Source of the DNA: an uncultured delta proteobacterium | GTDB lineage: Bacteria > Desulfobacterota > Desulfobacteria > Desulfobacterales > JAHEIW01 | Length of the DNA stretch: 64,000 nucleotides | Reading direction: 5' to 3' | NCBI GenBank assembly: GCA_963706575.1 | Contig: CAVPNL010000013.1 | Location: forward strand, 32,001 to 96,000 | Shown: positions 1 through 9,526 of the stretch, one piece after another | Layout of the letters: the number at the start of each line of letters is the position of its first letter | Position numbering within the stretch: position 1 is the stretch's first letter | The notes under the pieces: generated by a model | Seen by the model: the letters and a program-made list of their open reading frames with translations, nothing else | Database searches by the model: none | What the model was told of the DNA's origin: nothing | Made by a program: the position numbers and the translations under genes

Positions 1-84
1 CCCGCCTCCAAAACACTTGACTTAAGGATTCGAACCCTTATTTTATTGATTCAGTTTGCCAGTTGAGCCCGTTTGCCCGTAATA

Positions 85-205
85 ATCGTCGCTGGCCTGC
101 GACGAGCTCAGCCGAGTCGAAGCCACTCCCACTGGTATTCATGACTGCTTAATTGATGAAACCCCGTCTCAAAATAAGTACGTGGGAGCGGCATCTTGCC
201 GCGAT
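85..205. repeat. Pair of GTGGGAGC-type REP-like palindromes (85-132 reverse copy with an internal insertion; 182-205 forward copy)
   Basis: GTGGGAGCGGCATCTTGCCGCGAT at 182-205; degenerate reverse copy ATCGTCGCTGG[cctgcgacgagctcagccgagtcg]AAGCCACTCCCAC at 85-132. Confidence 0.5.
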
Positions 206-526
206 AAGAATTTTGACGACGCGCAACGCAGCTATCGCACAAAAAATGGCAATTTTTATAAATTTGATTAATGGGGTTTATTCTGATATATTGACATTAT
301 TATTGAGAATCTCTGAGCGGTAATGGGGCCAAACAGCGCCGAGCGATCTGCACCTCCCGATAAGGTTGCCCGCCACGACTTCCATTCTCCGTTTTAGCCC
401 AATATCCCGGGAATTGAACAATCACAGTCAAATCTATTTCAGTGTCTCTTCAAAACGTTTTAAGCAAGAGAATCTGTACGCCGTTTATACGACAGCGCAT
501 CGATATAAAAACAGGTATGAGAAAAC

Positions 527-1440
527 ATGATCGATAATCATCGCATTCAATTTGAAAGACCCAATCTGGCTGAATTAATAAAAGAAAATACCGTGGTGGA
601 CCTGCATTTTCATTCTTACTATTCGGATGGGTTTAATACGGTAGAAACGATTGCCAAAAAGGCACATGACCTTGGAATCGGCATAGCGATAACCGACCAT
701 AATGAAATACGCGGCGCAGTTGAAATTGATGGATATCAGGATATTTTCAGCATACCAGGCATCGAAATGACATCCAGGGAAGGAACCCACGTCCTCATTT
801 ATTTTTACCAGATCGAAGCGCTTGAAACGTTTTACGGGATCATGTTATCCCCTATATGGGTAATGACATCATGAGTTCCACGGCGCTGGAGATGGAAGAA
901 ATTATCAGACGTGCCCGCAAATTTAAAACCGTTATTATCTTTCCCCATCCATTCTGCGGGGTCTATACCGGCATCCAGAATTCATATTTTCCCGAGGATC
1001 GTCTCGAACGTATTTTTTCCAAGGTTGACGGCGTCGAGGTCATCAATTCAGAGAATATGAATAAATCGAATTTGCGCAGCGCGCTTTTGGGATTTAACCT
1101 GGGCAAGGGAATCACCGGCGGCAGCGACGGCCACCGCATATCCCAGATGGGAAAAGCAGTGACCTATGCAGCGTGCAAACCAAGCCGCAATGCGTTTCTT
1201 AATGCCATCAAGAAGAAAAAAACAAAGGTTGTCGGAAAGGAAATCGATCTGATCCACAAGATGACCTCAAACGGCGTGAAACTAAAAAACAATATTAAAA
1301 ATTATCCGGATCTGGTCGAAAAAAACCTCAAGTACAGCTATACGGTGATAAACTCCAAATCAAAAGAAATAAAAGAAAATGTGAAGCGCAGTTTAAATGG
1401 CAAAAAAAGAGAGCGGCAAAAAAAATACAGGGCTATATAA
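527..1440 (+). CDS. PHP-domain metal-dependent phosphoesterase, split by one frameshift near 836
   Basis: ORF 527-874 has DLHFHS..SDG, ITDHN and GIE..H motifs; ORF 856-1440 has HPF, EVINS and GGSDGH; adding one base at ttttacgggat joins them (FY-RDHVIPYMGND). Confidence 0.85.
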
Positions 1441-1500
1441 GTATATAAGAATTTGATTTTAAATTGAATTTTACTGTCAACCGCTGCAACAGCGGAAAGC

Positions 1501-1533
1501 AAATCGCCGGGGACTAAATCCCCGGCGATTTTT
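1501..1533. terminator. Probable bidirectional intrinsic terminator between convergent genes
   Basis: AAATCGCCGGGGA-ctaaa-TCCCCGGCGATTT followed by TT; 13-bp stem. Confidence 0.8.
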
Positions 1534-1565
1534 ATTTGCAAAATCGGTCTGATGGAATTTTGAAA

Positions 1566-1724
1566 TCACTTCTCGTCATTCGAATTAAGATCTTTGACAT
1601 CGATGCCACCACAATCCGGACAAAAAATTTGAGTTTGGCCGCTGGAGTCATCATTGGTTTCATCCAGTTCAGCAGCCAGCCCCCTCCAGCCGCATTCCTG
1701 ACATTCTTTCGGGTGCTCACCCAT
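1566..1724 (-). CDS. 52-aa CxxC...CPxCG zinc-ribbon microprotein (not in ORF track)
   Basis: Manual translation MGEHPKECQECGWRGLAAELDETNDDSSGQTQIFCPDCGGIDVKDLNSNDEK*; RBS GAGGTGG just upstream; terminator downstream. Confidence 0.75.
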   Translation of the reverse strand: MGEHPKECQECGWRGLAAELDETNDDSSGQTQIFCPDCGGIDVKDLNSNDEK

Positions 1725-2001
1725 AACCCCACCTCGTTAATTGCAGTAAACGGGATGCTTTTTTAAAACCACTTCTAATAATCCGTTTGAATTCCAGGCG
1801 TTAAATTAATTTGGCTCTTTCTTTTATTATATCTAATTTCAATCCTGAGGGCAACTTTAGCCCCTATTTGTCTTCAATATCACCATTGGGGGCCTGGCAA
1901 AAGCGGATCACCTTTCAATGAAAAAGGGATAGACCTGGACGACTCCAAGGCAGAAAACTACAAGGATATTCTGGATGCCTTAACCGAATTTGAACTGAAT
2001 G

Positions 2002-5000
2002 TTATTTCATCTCTGCGTGGTATTCCTGCAGCGATCTGACTTGCGGCGCACCATCGCGGCGCGCTGCGATGCCTTTGGCCGCCGCAACAGCCGCCGCCGT
2101 CGTGGTAATGTAGGGCACTTTATATTTAATGGCGGCTTTGCGTATATTTGAACTGTCCTGCGCACTCTTTCGGCCGCTGGGCGTGTTTACCAGAAGATTT
2201 ATGGTTTCGTTCTTTATGGCATCCACAAGGTCCGGTCTTCCATACCCCAGTTTGCGCAAGGGCGTGTTTTCAATACCGCGCTCTTCTAAAAAGTAGTGGG
2301 TACCTTCGGTTGTCATTATCTTAAAACCCAGCTCTTTAAAAAGTCTGACCGCTTCCAATGCCGCATTTTTGTCTCGATCCGCAATGGTAAACAGTACCGA
2401 TCCTTCTAAGGGCAAGGGGGTCTGGGTCGCTTCCTGGGCTTTAAAAAATGAGCGCCCATAGGAATGGGAAATACCTAAAACTTCGCCGGTAGATCTCATT
2501 TCCGGACCCAGAATCGGATCCACCTCGGGAAACATGTTGAAGGGAAAAACCGCCTCTTTAATACCGTAATGGGGTATGGGCCGATGCTTCAACTCTAGAT
2601 CCGCGATGCGTTTGCCCAGCATGACCTGCATGGCAATCCTGGCCATGGATATGTTACAAACCTTGGATACTAAAGGTACGGTTCGCGATGCCCGCGGGTT
2701 GGCTTCGAGCACATACACCGTATTTTCAAATATGGCATATTGAATATTCATCAGTCCGACAACGTTTAGCTCGATTGCGATCTTGCGCGTATATTCACTA
2801 ATGGTTTCGATGTGTTTCGGTGCGATGCTTACCGGCGGAATAACGCATGCCGAATCACCGGAATGTATCCCGGCCAGTTCAATATGTTCCATTACAGCCG
2901 GCACGAAAGCATCCGTACCATCGGCAATCGCATCGGCTTCAGCCTCAATGGCATTATCCAGAAATTTATCGATAAGAATCGGCCTTTGGGGAGAGATCTC
3001 TACCGCTGCCTCGAGATAGAATCTAAGGGATTCCTCATCCTGCACGACTTCCATACCACGGCCCCCCAAAACATATGAGGGCCTCACCATTAAAGGATAT
3101 CCGATTTTGTCAGCGATTTTCTGCGCCTCATCCATGTTACTGGCCATACCCGACTCAGGCTGGGGGATGTCCAGCTTACGCATAATGAGCCGGAAGCGAT
3201 CCCGGTCTTCGGCCAGATCAATGGTTTCAGGAGACGTGCCCATGATCTTTACGCCCATCTCCTCCAGTTCAGTCGCAATATTCAGGGGCGTCTGTCCGCC
3301 AAATTGAACAACAACGCCTTCGGGTTTCTCCTTTTCATAGATGCTCAAAACATCTTCAACGGTCAGCGGTTCAAAATAGAGTTTATCCGATGTGTCGTAA
3401 TCTGTAGACACAGTTTCAGGGTTGCAGTTAACCATAATCGACTCATAACCTGCATCGCGGATGGCCAGCGCTGCATGCACGCAGCAGTAATCAAACTCAA
3501 TGCCCTGACCAATACGATTGGGCCCACCACCTAAAACCATTATCTTTTTACGATCACTGACCGGAACCTTGTCGGGCGCATTGTAGGTGGAATAGTAATA
3601 GGCTGCGTTTTCGACACCACTTACCGGTACCGGTTCCCAGGCCTGATGCATGCCCAATGCCTTTCTCTGTTCACGGATTTGCTTTTCCGTCAGGTTGAGC
3701 AACAGGGCCAGGTAGCGATCTGCAAAACCGTCCTTTTTGGCTTGAATCAGCAGATCATCCGGCAATGCTTGATCCTTGTACGCGAGTATTTTTTCCTCAA
3801 GTTCGACGATTTCTCGCATCTGCTCAATAAACCAGGGTTTGATATGGGTCTTTTCATACAGCTCCTGCACGTCAGCACCTTTGCGCAGGGCTTCATACAT
3901 GAGAAACTGGCGTTCGCTGGTGGCAAAGCCCAATCGATCTATCAGTTCTTCCAGCGACAACCGATTGAAATTTTTGGCAAACCCAAGACCATAGCGGTTG
4001 GTTTCAAGGCTTCGAATCGCTTTCTGCAATGCCTCTTTATAGGTTTTACCCAGACTCATGACCTCGCCGACCGCCCGCATCTGGGTACCCAATTTGTCCT
4101 CAGCCCCCTCAAATTTTTCAAAGCCCCAGCGGGCAAATTTAACGACTACATATTCACCGGAAGGCGTATATTTCTCCAGGGTTCCATCCCGCCAGTAAGG
4201 GATTTCATCCATGGTCAAACCGCCGGCGAGCAGAGAAGAAACTCTGGCAATGGGGAATCCGGTGGCCTTGGATGCCAGGGCGGAAGAACGGGAGGTGCGG
4301 GGGTTAATCTCAATAACAACCACACGACCGGTTTTTGGATCATGGGCAAACTGAATATTGGTTCCGCCAATCACCTCAATGGCCTCAACAATGTCATAGG
4401 AATATCGCTGCAAGCGTTCCTGAAGTTCCGGGCTGATCGTCAACATGGGGGCCGTACAGAAGCTGTCGCCGGTATGGACGCCCATGGCGTCGACATTTTC
4501 GATAAAGCAAACCGTTATCATCTGATTTTTCGCATCGCGAACCACTTCCAGCTCGAGTTCCTCCCAGCCCAGGACCGATTCTTCAACCAGGATCTGATTG
4601 ACCAGGCTGGCTGCCAGACCGCGGGCGGCGATAACGCTTAATTCCTCAACATTATAGACCAATCCCCCACCGGTACCCCCCATGGTATAGGCTGGACGAA
4701 TAACAACCGGGTAACCCAGATCTTCTGCCACCGCCTCGGCATCTTCAACCGTGTTGACCGTCTTGCTGCGCGGCATTTCGATACCCAGTTTTTCCATCGT
4801 GGCCTTAAACGCCAGACGGTCTTCACCCCGCTCGATGGCATCCACATTTACACCGATAATCTGGACACCATATTCTTCCAATACACCGGTGCGGGAGAGC
4901 TCGGAAGACAGATTCAGACCGGATTGCCCGCCCAGGTTGGGCAGGAGTGCATCGGGTCGCTCCTTGGCGATAATTTGCGTCAAGGTCTTCAAATTCAGCG

Positions 5001-5202
5001 GTTCAATGTAGGTCACATCGGCCATACCCGGATCGGTCATGATCGTTGCCGGATTGGAATTCACCAACACGATTTCATATCCCATGGATCGCAGTGCTTT
5101 ACATGCCTGGGTACCGGAATAGTCAAATTCGCAGGCCTGCCCGATCACGATAGGACCTGATCCGATGATGAGAATCTTGTGGATGTCATCTCTTTTGGCC
5201 AT
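2002..5202 (-). CDS. carB: Carbamoyl-phosphate synthase large subunit
   Basis: 1066 aa; GSGPIVIGQACEFDYSG, duplicated ATP-grasp halves (GGGPNRIGQGIEFDY), C-terminal MGS-like domain. Confidence 0.98.
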   Translation of the reverse strand: MAKRDDIHKILIIGSGPIVIGQACEFDYSGTQACKALRSMGYEIVLVNSNPATIMTDPGMADVTYIEPLNLKTLTQIIAKERPDALLPNLGGQSGLNLSSELSRTGVLEEYGVQIIGVNVDAIERGEDRLAFKATMEKLGIEMPRSKTVNTVEDAEAVAEDLGYPVVIRPAYTMGGTGGGLVYNVEELSVIAARGLAASLVNQILVEESVLGWEELELEVVRDAKNQMITVCFIENVDAMGVHTGDSFCTAPMLTISPELQERLQRYSYDIVEAIEVIGGTNIQFAHDPKTGRVVVIEINPRTSRSSALASKATGFPIARVSSLLAGGLTMDEIPYWRDGTLEKYTPSGEYVVVKFARWGFEKFEGAEDKLGTQMRAVGEVMSLGKTYKEALQKAIRSLETNRYGLGFAKNFNRLSLEELIDRLGFATSERQFLMYEALRKGADVQELYEKTHIKPWFIEQMREIVELEEKILAYKDQALPDDLLIQAKKDGFADRYLALLLNLTEKQIREQRKALGMHQAWEPVPVSGVENAAYYYSTYNAPDKVPVSDRKKIMVLGGGPNRIGQGIEFDYCCVHAALAIRDAGYESIMVNCNPETVSTDYDTSDKLYFEPLTVEDVLSIYEKEKPEGVVVQFGGQTPLNIATELEEMGVKIMGTSPETIDLAEDRDRFRLIMRKLDIPQPESGMASNMDEAQKIADKIGYPLMVRPSYVLGGRGMEVVQDEESLRFYLEAAVEISPQRPILIDKFLDNAIEAEADAIADGTDAFVPAVMEHIELAGIHSGDSACVIPPVSIAPKHIETISEYTRKIAIELNVVGLMNIQYAIFENTVYVLEANPRASRTVPLVSKVCNISMARIAMQVMLGKRIADLELKHRPIPHYGIKEAVFPFNMFPEVDPILGPEMRSTGEVLGISHSYGRSFFKAQEATQTPLPLEGSVLFTIADRDKNAALEAVRLFKELGFKIMTTEGTHYFLEERGIENTPLRKLGYGRPDLVDAIKNETINLLVNTPSGRKSAQDSSNIRKAAIKYKVPYITTTAAAVAAAKGIAARRDGAPQVRSLQEYHAEMK

Positions 5203-5340
5203 TATCCCCCCTTTAGGTGAGTTTCAAATGATTTCGTTTCGGCAGTAGATTGCCATCAATTCTTGCGAAAAGAATATAGAAAACTGGATATTGGGTGTCA
5301 ATCATATTTGTCCGTTGAATCCGGTCGCCGGCGGGATTTT

Positions 5341-6099
5341 TTATGCCCGGCTGTTGACCCCGGGGCTTGAGCTGGGGGGTGCTTTTCTGAAATGCATCAG
5401 ATAGTTAACGTGGGTGTTCCCGCCTGCTGAGTATTTTCTTAAAATCGGGTTGTAGTGCAGCCCCGTCAAGTCCTCAAACGATAATCCGGAATTTAGGGCC
5501 CAATCCTTGAGCTCCGCCGGTTTGATGAATTTGCCATAGCGGTGGGTGCCTTTGCGTACCAGGCCGAGGATATATTCGGCACCGATAATCGCAAACAGAA
5601 AGGATTTCGGGTTGCGGTTAAGGGTGGCAAAAAACACGTCCCCACCGGGCCTGGCCAGTGTTTTACATGCCGCGACGACCGAGACCGGATCGGGAACGTG
5701 CTCCAGCAGCTCCAGACAGGTAACGACATCAAATTGATCCGGATGGGTTCCGGCAAATTGCTCGGTGGTCGCCTGTTGATAATCGATAGTAAGGCCGGAC
5801 TTGCGCGAATGCAGCCTGGCAACCCCCAGGGCGGCCGCGCCCATATCAATCCCGGTGACCACGGCACCCAGCGAGGCCATAGCCTCGGACAGAATCCCCC
5901 CGCCGCAGCCTGCGTCCAGCACCGCTTTTCCGGCAAGAGGTGCCCGATCGTTAATATAGTTCAGCCGCAGCACATTGATGTCATGCAGGGCTTTAAAGTC
6001 CCCCTGCTTATCCCACCAGATCGGGGCCATGGCCTCAAATTTGGTAATTTCAGCCTCGTCAATATTTACAGCGGGGGTTTGTTTTGAATTATCTATCAT
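5341..6099 (-). CDS. ubiG: Bifunctional 2-polyprenyl-6-hydroxyphenol methylase / 3-demethylubiquinol 3-O-methyltransferase
   Basis: EITKF..MAPIWWD..GDFKALHDIN..RL, SAM motif VLDAGCGGG, LELLEHVPDP, TLNRN, GTH.Y.KFIKP; start moved to ATG 6099 because the longer ORF overlaps a repeat and the DMT gene. Confidence 0.9.
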   Translation of the reverse strand: MIDNSKQTPAVNIDEAEITKFEAMAPIWWDKQGDFKALHDINVLRLNYINDRAPLAGKAVLDAGCGGGILSEAMASLGAVVTGIDMGAAALGVARLHSRKSGLTIDYQQATTEQFAGTHPDQFDVVTCLELLEHVPDPVSVVAACKTLARPGGDVFFATLNRNPKSFLFAIIGAEYILGLVRKGTHRYGKFIKPAELKDWALNSGLSFEDLTGLHYNPILRKYSAGGNTHVNYLMHFRKAPPSSSPGVNSRA

Positions 6100-6115
6100 T
6101 GATTTATCGAATGAT

Positions 6116-6176
6116 TCACCGCAGAGACGCAGAGACAAAGAATTATTTCTCTGCGATCTTTGCGTCTCTGCGGTGA
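6116..6176. repeat. Intergenic inverted repeat built from 9-nt periodic units
   Basis: TCACCGCAGAGACGCAGAGA ... TCTCTGCGATCTTTGCGTCTCTGCGGTGA; related arms at 7328-7357, 8437-8467, 30690-30764, 51940-52027. Confidence 0.8.
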
Positions 6177-6179
6177 GAA

Positions 6180-7088
6180 CTATTCTGCAACAGTAGTTTT
6201 GTTCATGAGACCCCAGAGCTGTGACAACAGCATGCCCGACAGCATCAGCCCGCAACCGAAAAGGCCGCGTGCAGAAATGATTTCACCCAGTATCAGCCAG
6301 CCACCGATGGCCGCAAAGACGGCTTCCAGACTCAGCAAAATGGCCGCATGGGCTGGATGGGCATCTCTCTGGGCAATCACTTGTAAGGTATAGGCGATCC
6401 CGACCGAAAGCAAGCCGCCATATAAAATGGGAATGGCAGCCTGAAAAATTGAAAGCATGGTGATGTCTTCAACAACGCCTGCGGTGATTAGACTGAGAAT
6501 CGAACAGGCCACATACTGAGAAAAAGCCAATTTAACCGGGTTGATTCTGGGTGAAAGCCAACCGATGATCAAAACATGAGCGGCCCAGAAAAAAGCGCCG
6601 ATTAAGACAAGCAAATCGCCCGGTTCAATCGTAAATTCTTCAGTCACACTTAAGAAGTAAAGACCGATAGCCGCCAGAACTGCTCCGATCCAGGTCCCGA
6701 TTTTGGGTTGCTGCCGCCAGAAAAGACCCAGCAGCGGCACAATTATCACATAAAGACCGGTGATAAACCCGGCCTTTCCGGCTGTCGTGTAGACCAATCC
6801 AATTTGCTGTAACGAGGCCCCCGAGAAAAGCGCCAGCCCCAGGGCAGCGCCTCCGAATAGAATGGTTTTCAAACCGGGGGGCGGCATGATCTTATGGGTT
6901 GCGATTTGCTGCTCCCGGCCTATTGCCACCAGGGGCAACAATGACAGGCTGCCGATGGCAAATCGAATGCCGTTGAAGGTAAACGGCCCCACATAGTCCA
7001 TTCCCACCCGCTGGGCGACAAAGGCAAATCCCCAGATGATCGCGGTGGTCAGCAGGAGCGCATCTGACTTTATTGTTACACCTTTCAT
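6180..7088 (-). CDS. DMT/EamA family transporter
   Basis: About 10 hydrophobic segments; IWGFAFVAQR, AGFITGLYV, LSLEAVFA motifs. Confidence 0.92.
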   Translation of the reverse strand: MKGVTIKSDALLLTTAIIWGFAFVAQRVGMDYVGPFTFNGIRFAIGSLSLLPLVAIGREQQIATHKIMPPPGLKTILFGGAALGLALFSGASLQQIGLVYTTAGKAGFITGLYVIIVPLLGLFWRQQPKIGTWIGAVLAAIGLYFLSVTEEFTIEPGDLLVLIGAFFWAAHVLIIGWLSPRINPVKLAFSQYVACSILSLITAGVVEDITMLSIFQAAIPILYGGLLSVGIAYTLQVIAQRDAHPAHAAILLSLEAVFAAIGGWLILGEIISARGLFGCGLMLSGMLLSQLWGLMNKTTVAE

Positions 7089-7379
7089 AAATGGGCACCA
7101 TACTTTCTGCCCAATTCGGAGTCAAGTGAAACTCCCCGGGTTGAAACCCAGGGCATCTAATACTTCCTTAGACAAACTCCTCCTCCTTGATCCCCTCCCA
7201 TCCTGGCATATGGTCGCAACGATCAGATGCGATCAAGCAGAAATAAAAATGGTTGATAAATATAAATTCGCAGAATAAATTGATCCCAAAGTTTGCCGGA
7301 GTCTCAGCGGCAAATGAAAAAAAATTATCTCTGCGTTCTCTGCGCCTCTGTGTGAGATATTTAAAAGGAGGACTCGATA

Positions 7380-8402
7380 ATGAATCTGGCCAAATTTCCC
7401 CGCCGCCGCTATACCGAAGGAAGGACCCCGATTGAAAAACTTGAACGGCTTTCGGCAGAGCTGGATGGGCCCACCATCTACGTGAAAAGAGACGACTTGC
7501 TGGGGCTCGCCGGAGGTGGCAATAAAACCCGTAAGCTGGAATTTCTGGTGGCCGAGGCTTTGGACCAGGGCGCCGACACGCTGATTACCTGCGGTGCGGT
7601 GCAATCCAACCACTGCCGTCTGACGCTGGCAGCCGCCGTCAAAGAAGGACTCAAATGCAGGCTGGTTCTGGAAGAGCGGGTCCCCGGCAGTTATAAACCG
7701 GAATCCGGCGGAAACAATTTTTTATTCCAATTGATGGGTGTCGAAAAAATCACCGTCGCCCCCGGCGGTTCGGACATGATGACCGCGATGCAGGCAGTTG
7801 CCGACGAGGTCGCCGCTGAAGGCTGCAAAGCCTATGTCATCCCCGGCGGCGGGTCCAATCCGGTGGGTGCGACCGGCTATGTTGCCTGTGCGGAAGAGAT
7901 CCTGGCGCAAACCTTTGACATTGGCATCAATATCGACCGAATCATTTGCGCCAGCGGCAGCGCCGGCACCCATGCGGGATTGGTCACCGGCTTTTACGGC
8001 AACAACAGCAATCTCCCGGTAATCGGCATCAATGTCAGCCGACCGAAAATTGATCAGGAAGAACTGGTCTATGATCTCGTGCAGAGAACTTCCAAACATG
8101 TCGGCCTGAATTCAGATATTCCCAGAGAAGCCGTGGTTTGCTTTGATGAATATGTCGGACCCGGCTATTCTCTGCCGACACCTGAAATGGCAGAAGCCGT
8201 TCGAATGCTGGCCCGTTTGGAAGGCGTTTTGATCGACCCGGTTTACACCGGCAAAGCCATGGCCGGACTCATTGACCTGGTGCGCAAAGGCACTTTCAAC
8301 AACGATGAAAACATTCTTTTTGTCCATACCGGTGGTTCACCGGCACTGTATGTGTATATGGATGAAATTTTGGGTACAGGGTATAAGGTATCTGAGTGCT
8401 GA
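7380..8402 (+). CDS. dcyD: PLP-dependent D-cysteine desulfhydrase / cysteate sulfo-lyase (CuyA)-family enzyme
   Basis: KRDDL.G...GGNKTRKLE (PLP lysine), GAVQSNH, GSAGTHAG, DPVYTGKA, HTGG; RBS AGGAGG. Confidence 0.88.
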   Translation: MNLAKFPRRRYTEGRTPIEKLERLSAELDGPTIYVKRDDLLGLAGGGNKTRKLEFLVAEALDQGADTLITCGAVQSNHCRLTLAAAVKEGLKCRLVLEERVPGSYKPESGGNNFLFQLMGVEKITVAPGGSDMMTAMQAVADEVAAEGCKAYVIPGGGSNPVGATGYVACAEEILAQTFDIGINIDRIICASGSAGTHAGLVTGFYGNNSNLPVIGINVSRPKIDQEELVYDLVQRTSKHVGLNSDIPREAVVCFDEYVGPGYSLPTPEMAEAVRMLARLEGVLIDPVYTGKAMAGLIDLVRKGTFNNDENILFVHTGGSPALYVYMDEILGTGYKVSEC

Positions 8403-8471
8403 GGACTGAGAACAAGAGAATTTCACTAGTTTTTTTTCTCCGTGTACTCTGTGCGCTCTGTGGTGAAAAAA

Positions 8472-9188
8472 GTGAAGGAAAAGACGATCGGTATATTGGG
8501 CGGCATGGGACCCAAAGCTACCCTGGACTGTTTTGCCAAAATTATTAAAAGCACGCCGGCAAAAACGGATCAGGAACACCTGCGGGTGATCGTCGATTCC
8601 AACCCCAAAGTCCCGGACCGCACCGCCGCCATAATCGCCGAGGGCGAATCACCGGTGCCCATCCTGGTGGCCGGATGCCGTTCCCTTCAACAAGCCGGGG
8701 CTGATTTTATTATTATGCCCTGCGTGTCGGCCCATTTCTTTCTGGATGAAATCCAACAACAGATCGCGCTTCCCATCCTGTCGATTTTTGATGTTGTAAG
8801 CCAAGCCATCATCAGCGACCATCCGCAGATCAAAACCGTCGGGCTGATGGGCACCACCGGAACCATCAATGGCGGTCTGTTTCAAAAACGCCTGGCCGCC
8901 GATGGCATCGAAACCATTGTGGCCGATGAAAGCCACCAGTCGAAGGTAATGGAAGCCATTTACGATATCAAAAATTCTCTGCCGGCTCGTTCCAGAGCGC
9001 AAATTACATCAGATCTGGTAGATGCAGCCGAGCGCCTTATCTCGAACGGTGCCAGGGGAATCGTTGCCGGCTGCACCGAGATCCCGCTGGCCTTAAAGCA
9101 GAGACACCTGTCAGTGCCCTACTTCGATGCGTTGACCATACTGGCCCGCGCCGCCATATTAAAGGCCGGTCTGACGCCAATTCCCTGA
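8472..9188 (+). CDS. Aspartate/glutamate racemase family amino-acid racemase
   Basis: IGILGGMGP.AT, PDRT, two catalytic cysteines (PCVSAH, GCTEIP); start GTG 8463 or 8472. Confidence 0.9.
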   Translation: MKEKTIGILGGMGPKATLDCFAKIIKSTPAKTDQEHLRVIVDSNPKVPDRTAAIIAEGESPVPILVAGCRSLQQAGADFIIMPCVSAHFFLDEIQQQIALPILSIFDVVSQAIISDHPQIKTVGLMGTTGTINGGLFQKRLAADGIETIVADESHQSKVMEAIYDIKNSLPARSRAQITSDLVDAAERLISNGARGIVAGCTEIPLALKQRHLSVPYFDALTILARAAILKAGLTPIP

Positions 9189-9258
9189 TCCATGTCTTGA
9201 CTTGTAGCTTAATTCCAGATTATCCTTGCATTCTGCTCGATCTACCCATTAGAATCCC

Positions 9259-9404
9259 TAGAAGTGGTTTCAAAACCTCAGATCAGGTTCAAGGGCAAGG
9301 CGCAGGCCGATCGAGAAAGCGCAGCATACGTGGGTATGTGAGCATTTATCGGAGGCCTGCAACGCAGCCATTGAGCCTCAGATGGGGTTTTGAGACCACT
9401 TCTA
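9259..9404. mobile_element. MITE-like element copy 1 (146 bp, TA at both ends, ~19-bp terminal inverted repeats)
   Basis: TAGAAGTGGTTTCAAAACC ... GGTTTTGAGACCACTTCTA; related copies at 10496-10642 and 21711-21970. Confidence 0.85.
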
Positions 9405-9526
9405 ATGCAAAACAATGGGTCGTTTCCCATTTTATTGTTTCGACCGTCGAGAGGCATGCAGATAAAGAAATGAAACCCGGTTGCTCTCGTTCGTTTTTAG
9501 ACCATTGTTTTTAAACAGGTGATGTT

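Noticed and set aside
1532..1766. Track ORFs 1532-1732(-) and 1536-1766(+)
   Set aside because: Overlap the better-supported 52-aa zinc-finger ORF in another frame
1861..2001. Protein-like stretch (EKGIDLDDSKAENYKDILDALTEF) downstream of carB on the + strand
   Set aside because: No start or RBS, runs into carB antisense, family not recognisable; at most a gene remnant
3646..4641. Long antisense ORFs (3646-4641, 23843-24646, 44205-45020, 51116-51820, 56413-57180)
   Set aside because: Shadows of well-conserved genes on the opposite strand; no motifs or RBS
7120..7160. GTCAAG..CTCCCCGGGTTGAAACCCAGGGC hairpin resembling an IS200/IS605 or IscB end
   Set aside because: Single short imperfect hairpin; no tnpA, tnpB, iscB or partner end in the window
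9197..9514. ORFs overlapping MITE copies (9197-9514, 21716-22090)
   Set aside because: Translations of the repeat element; no coding signals
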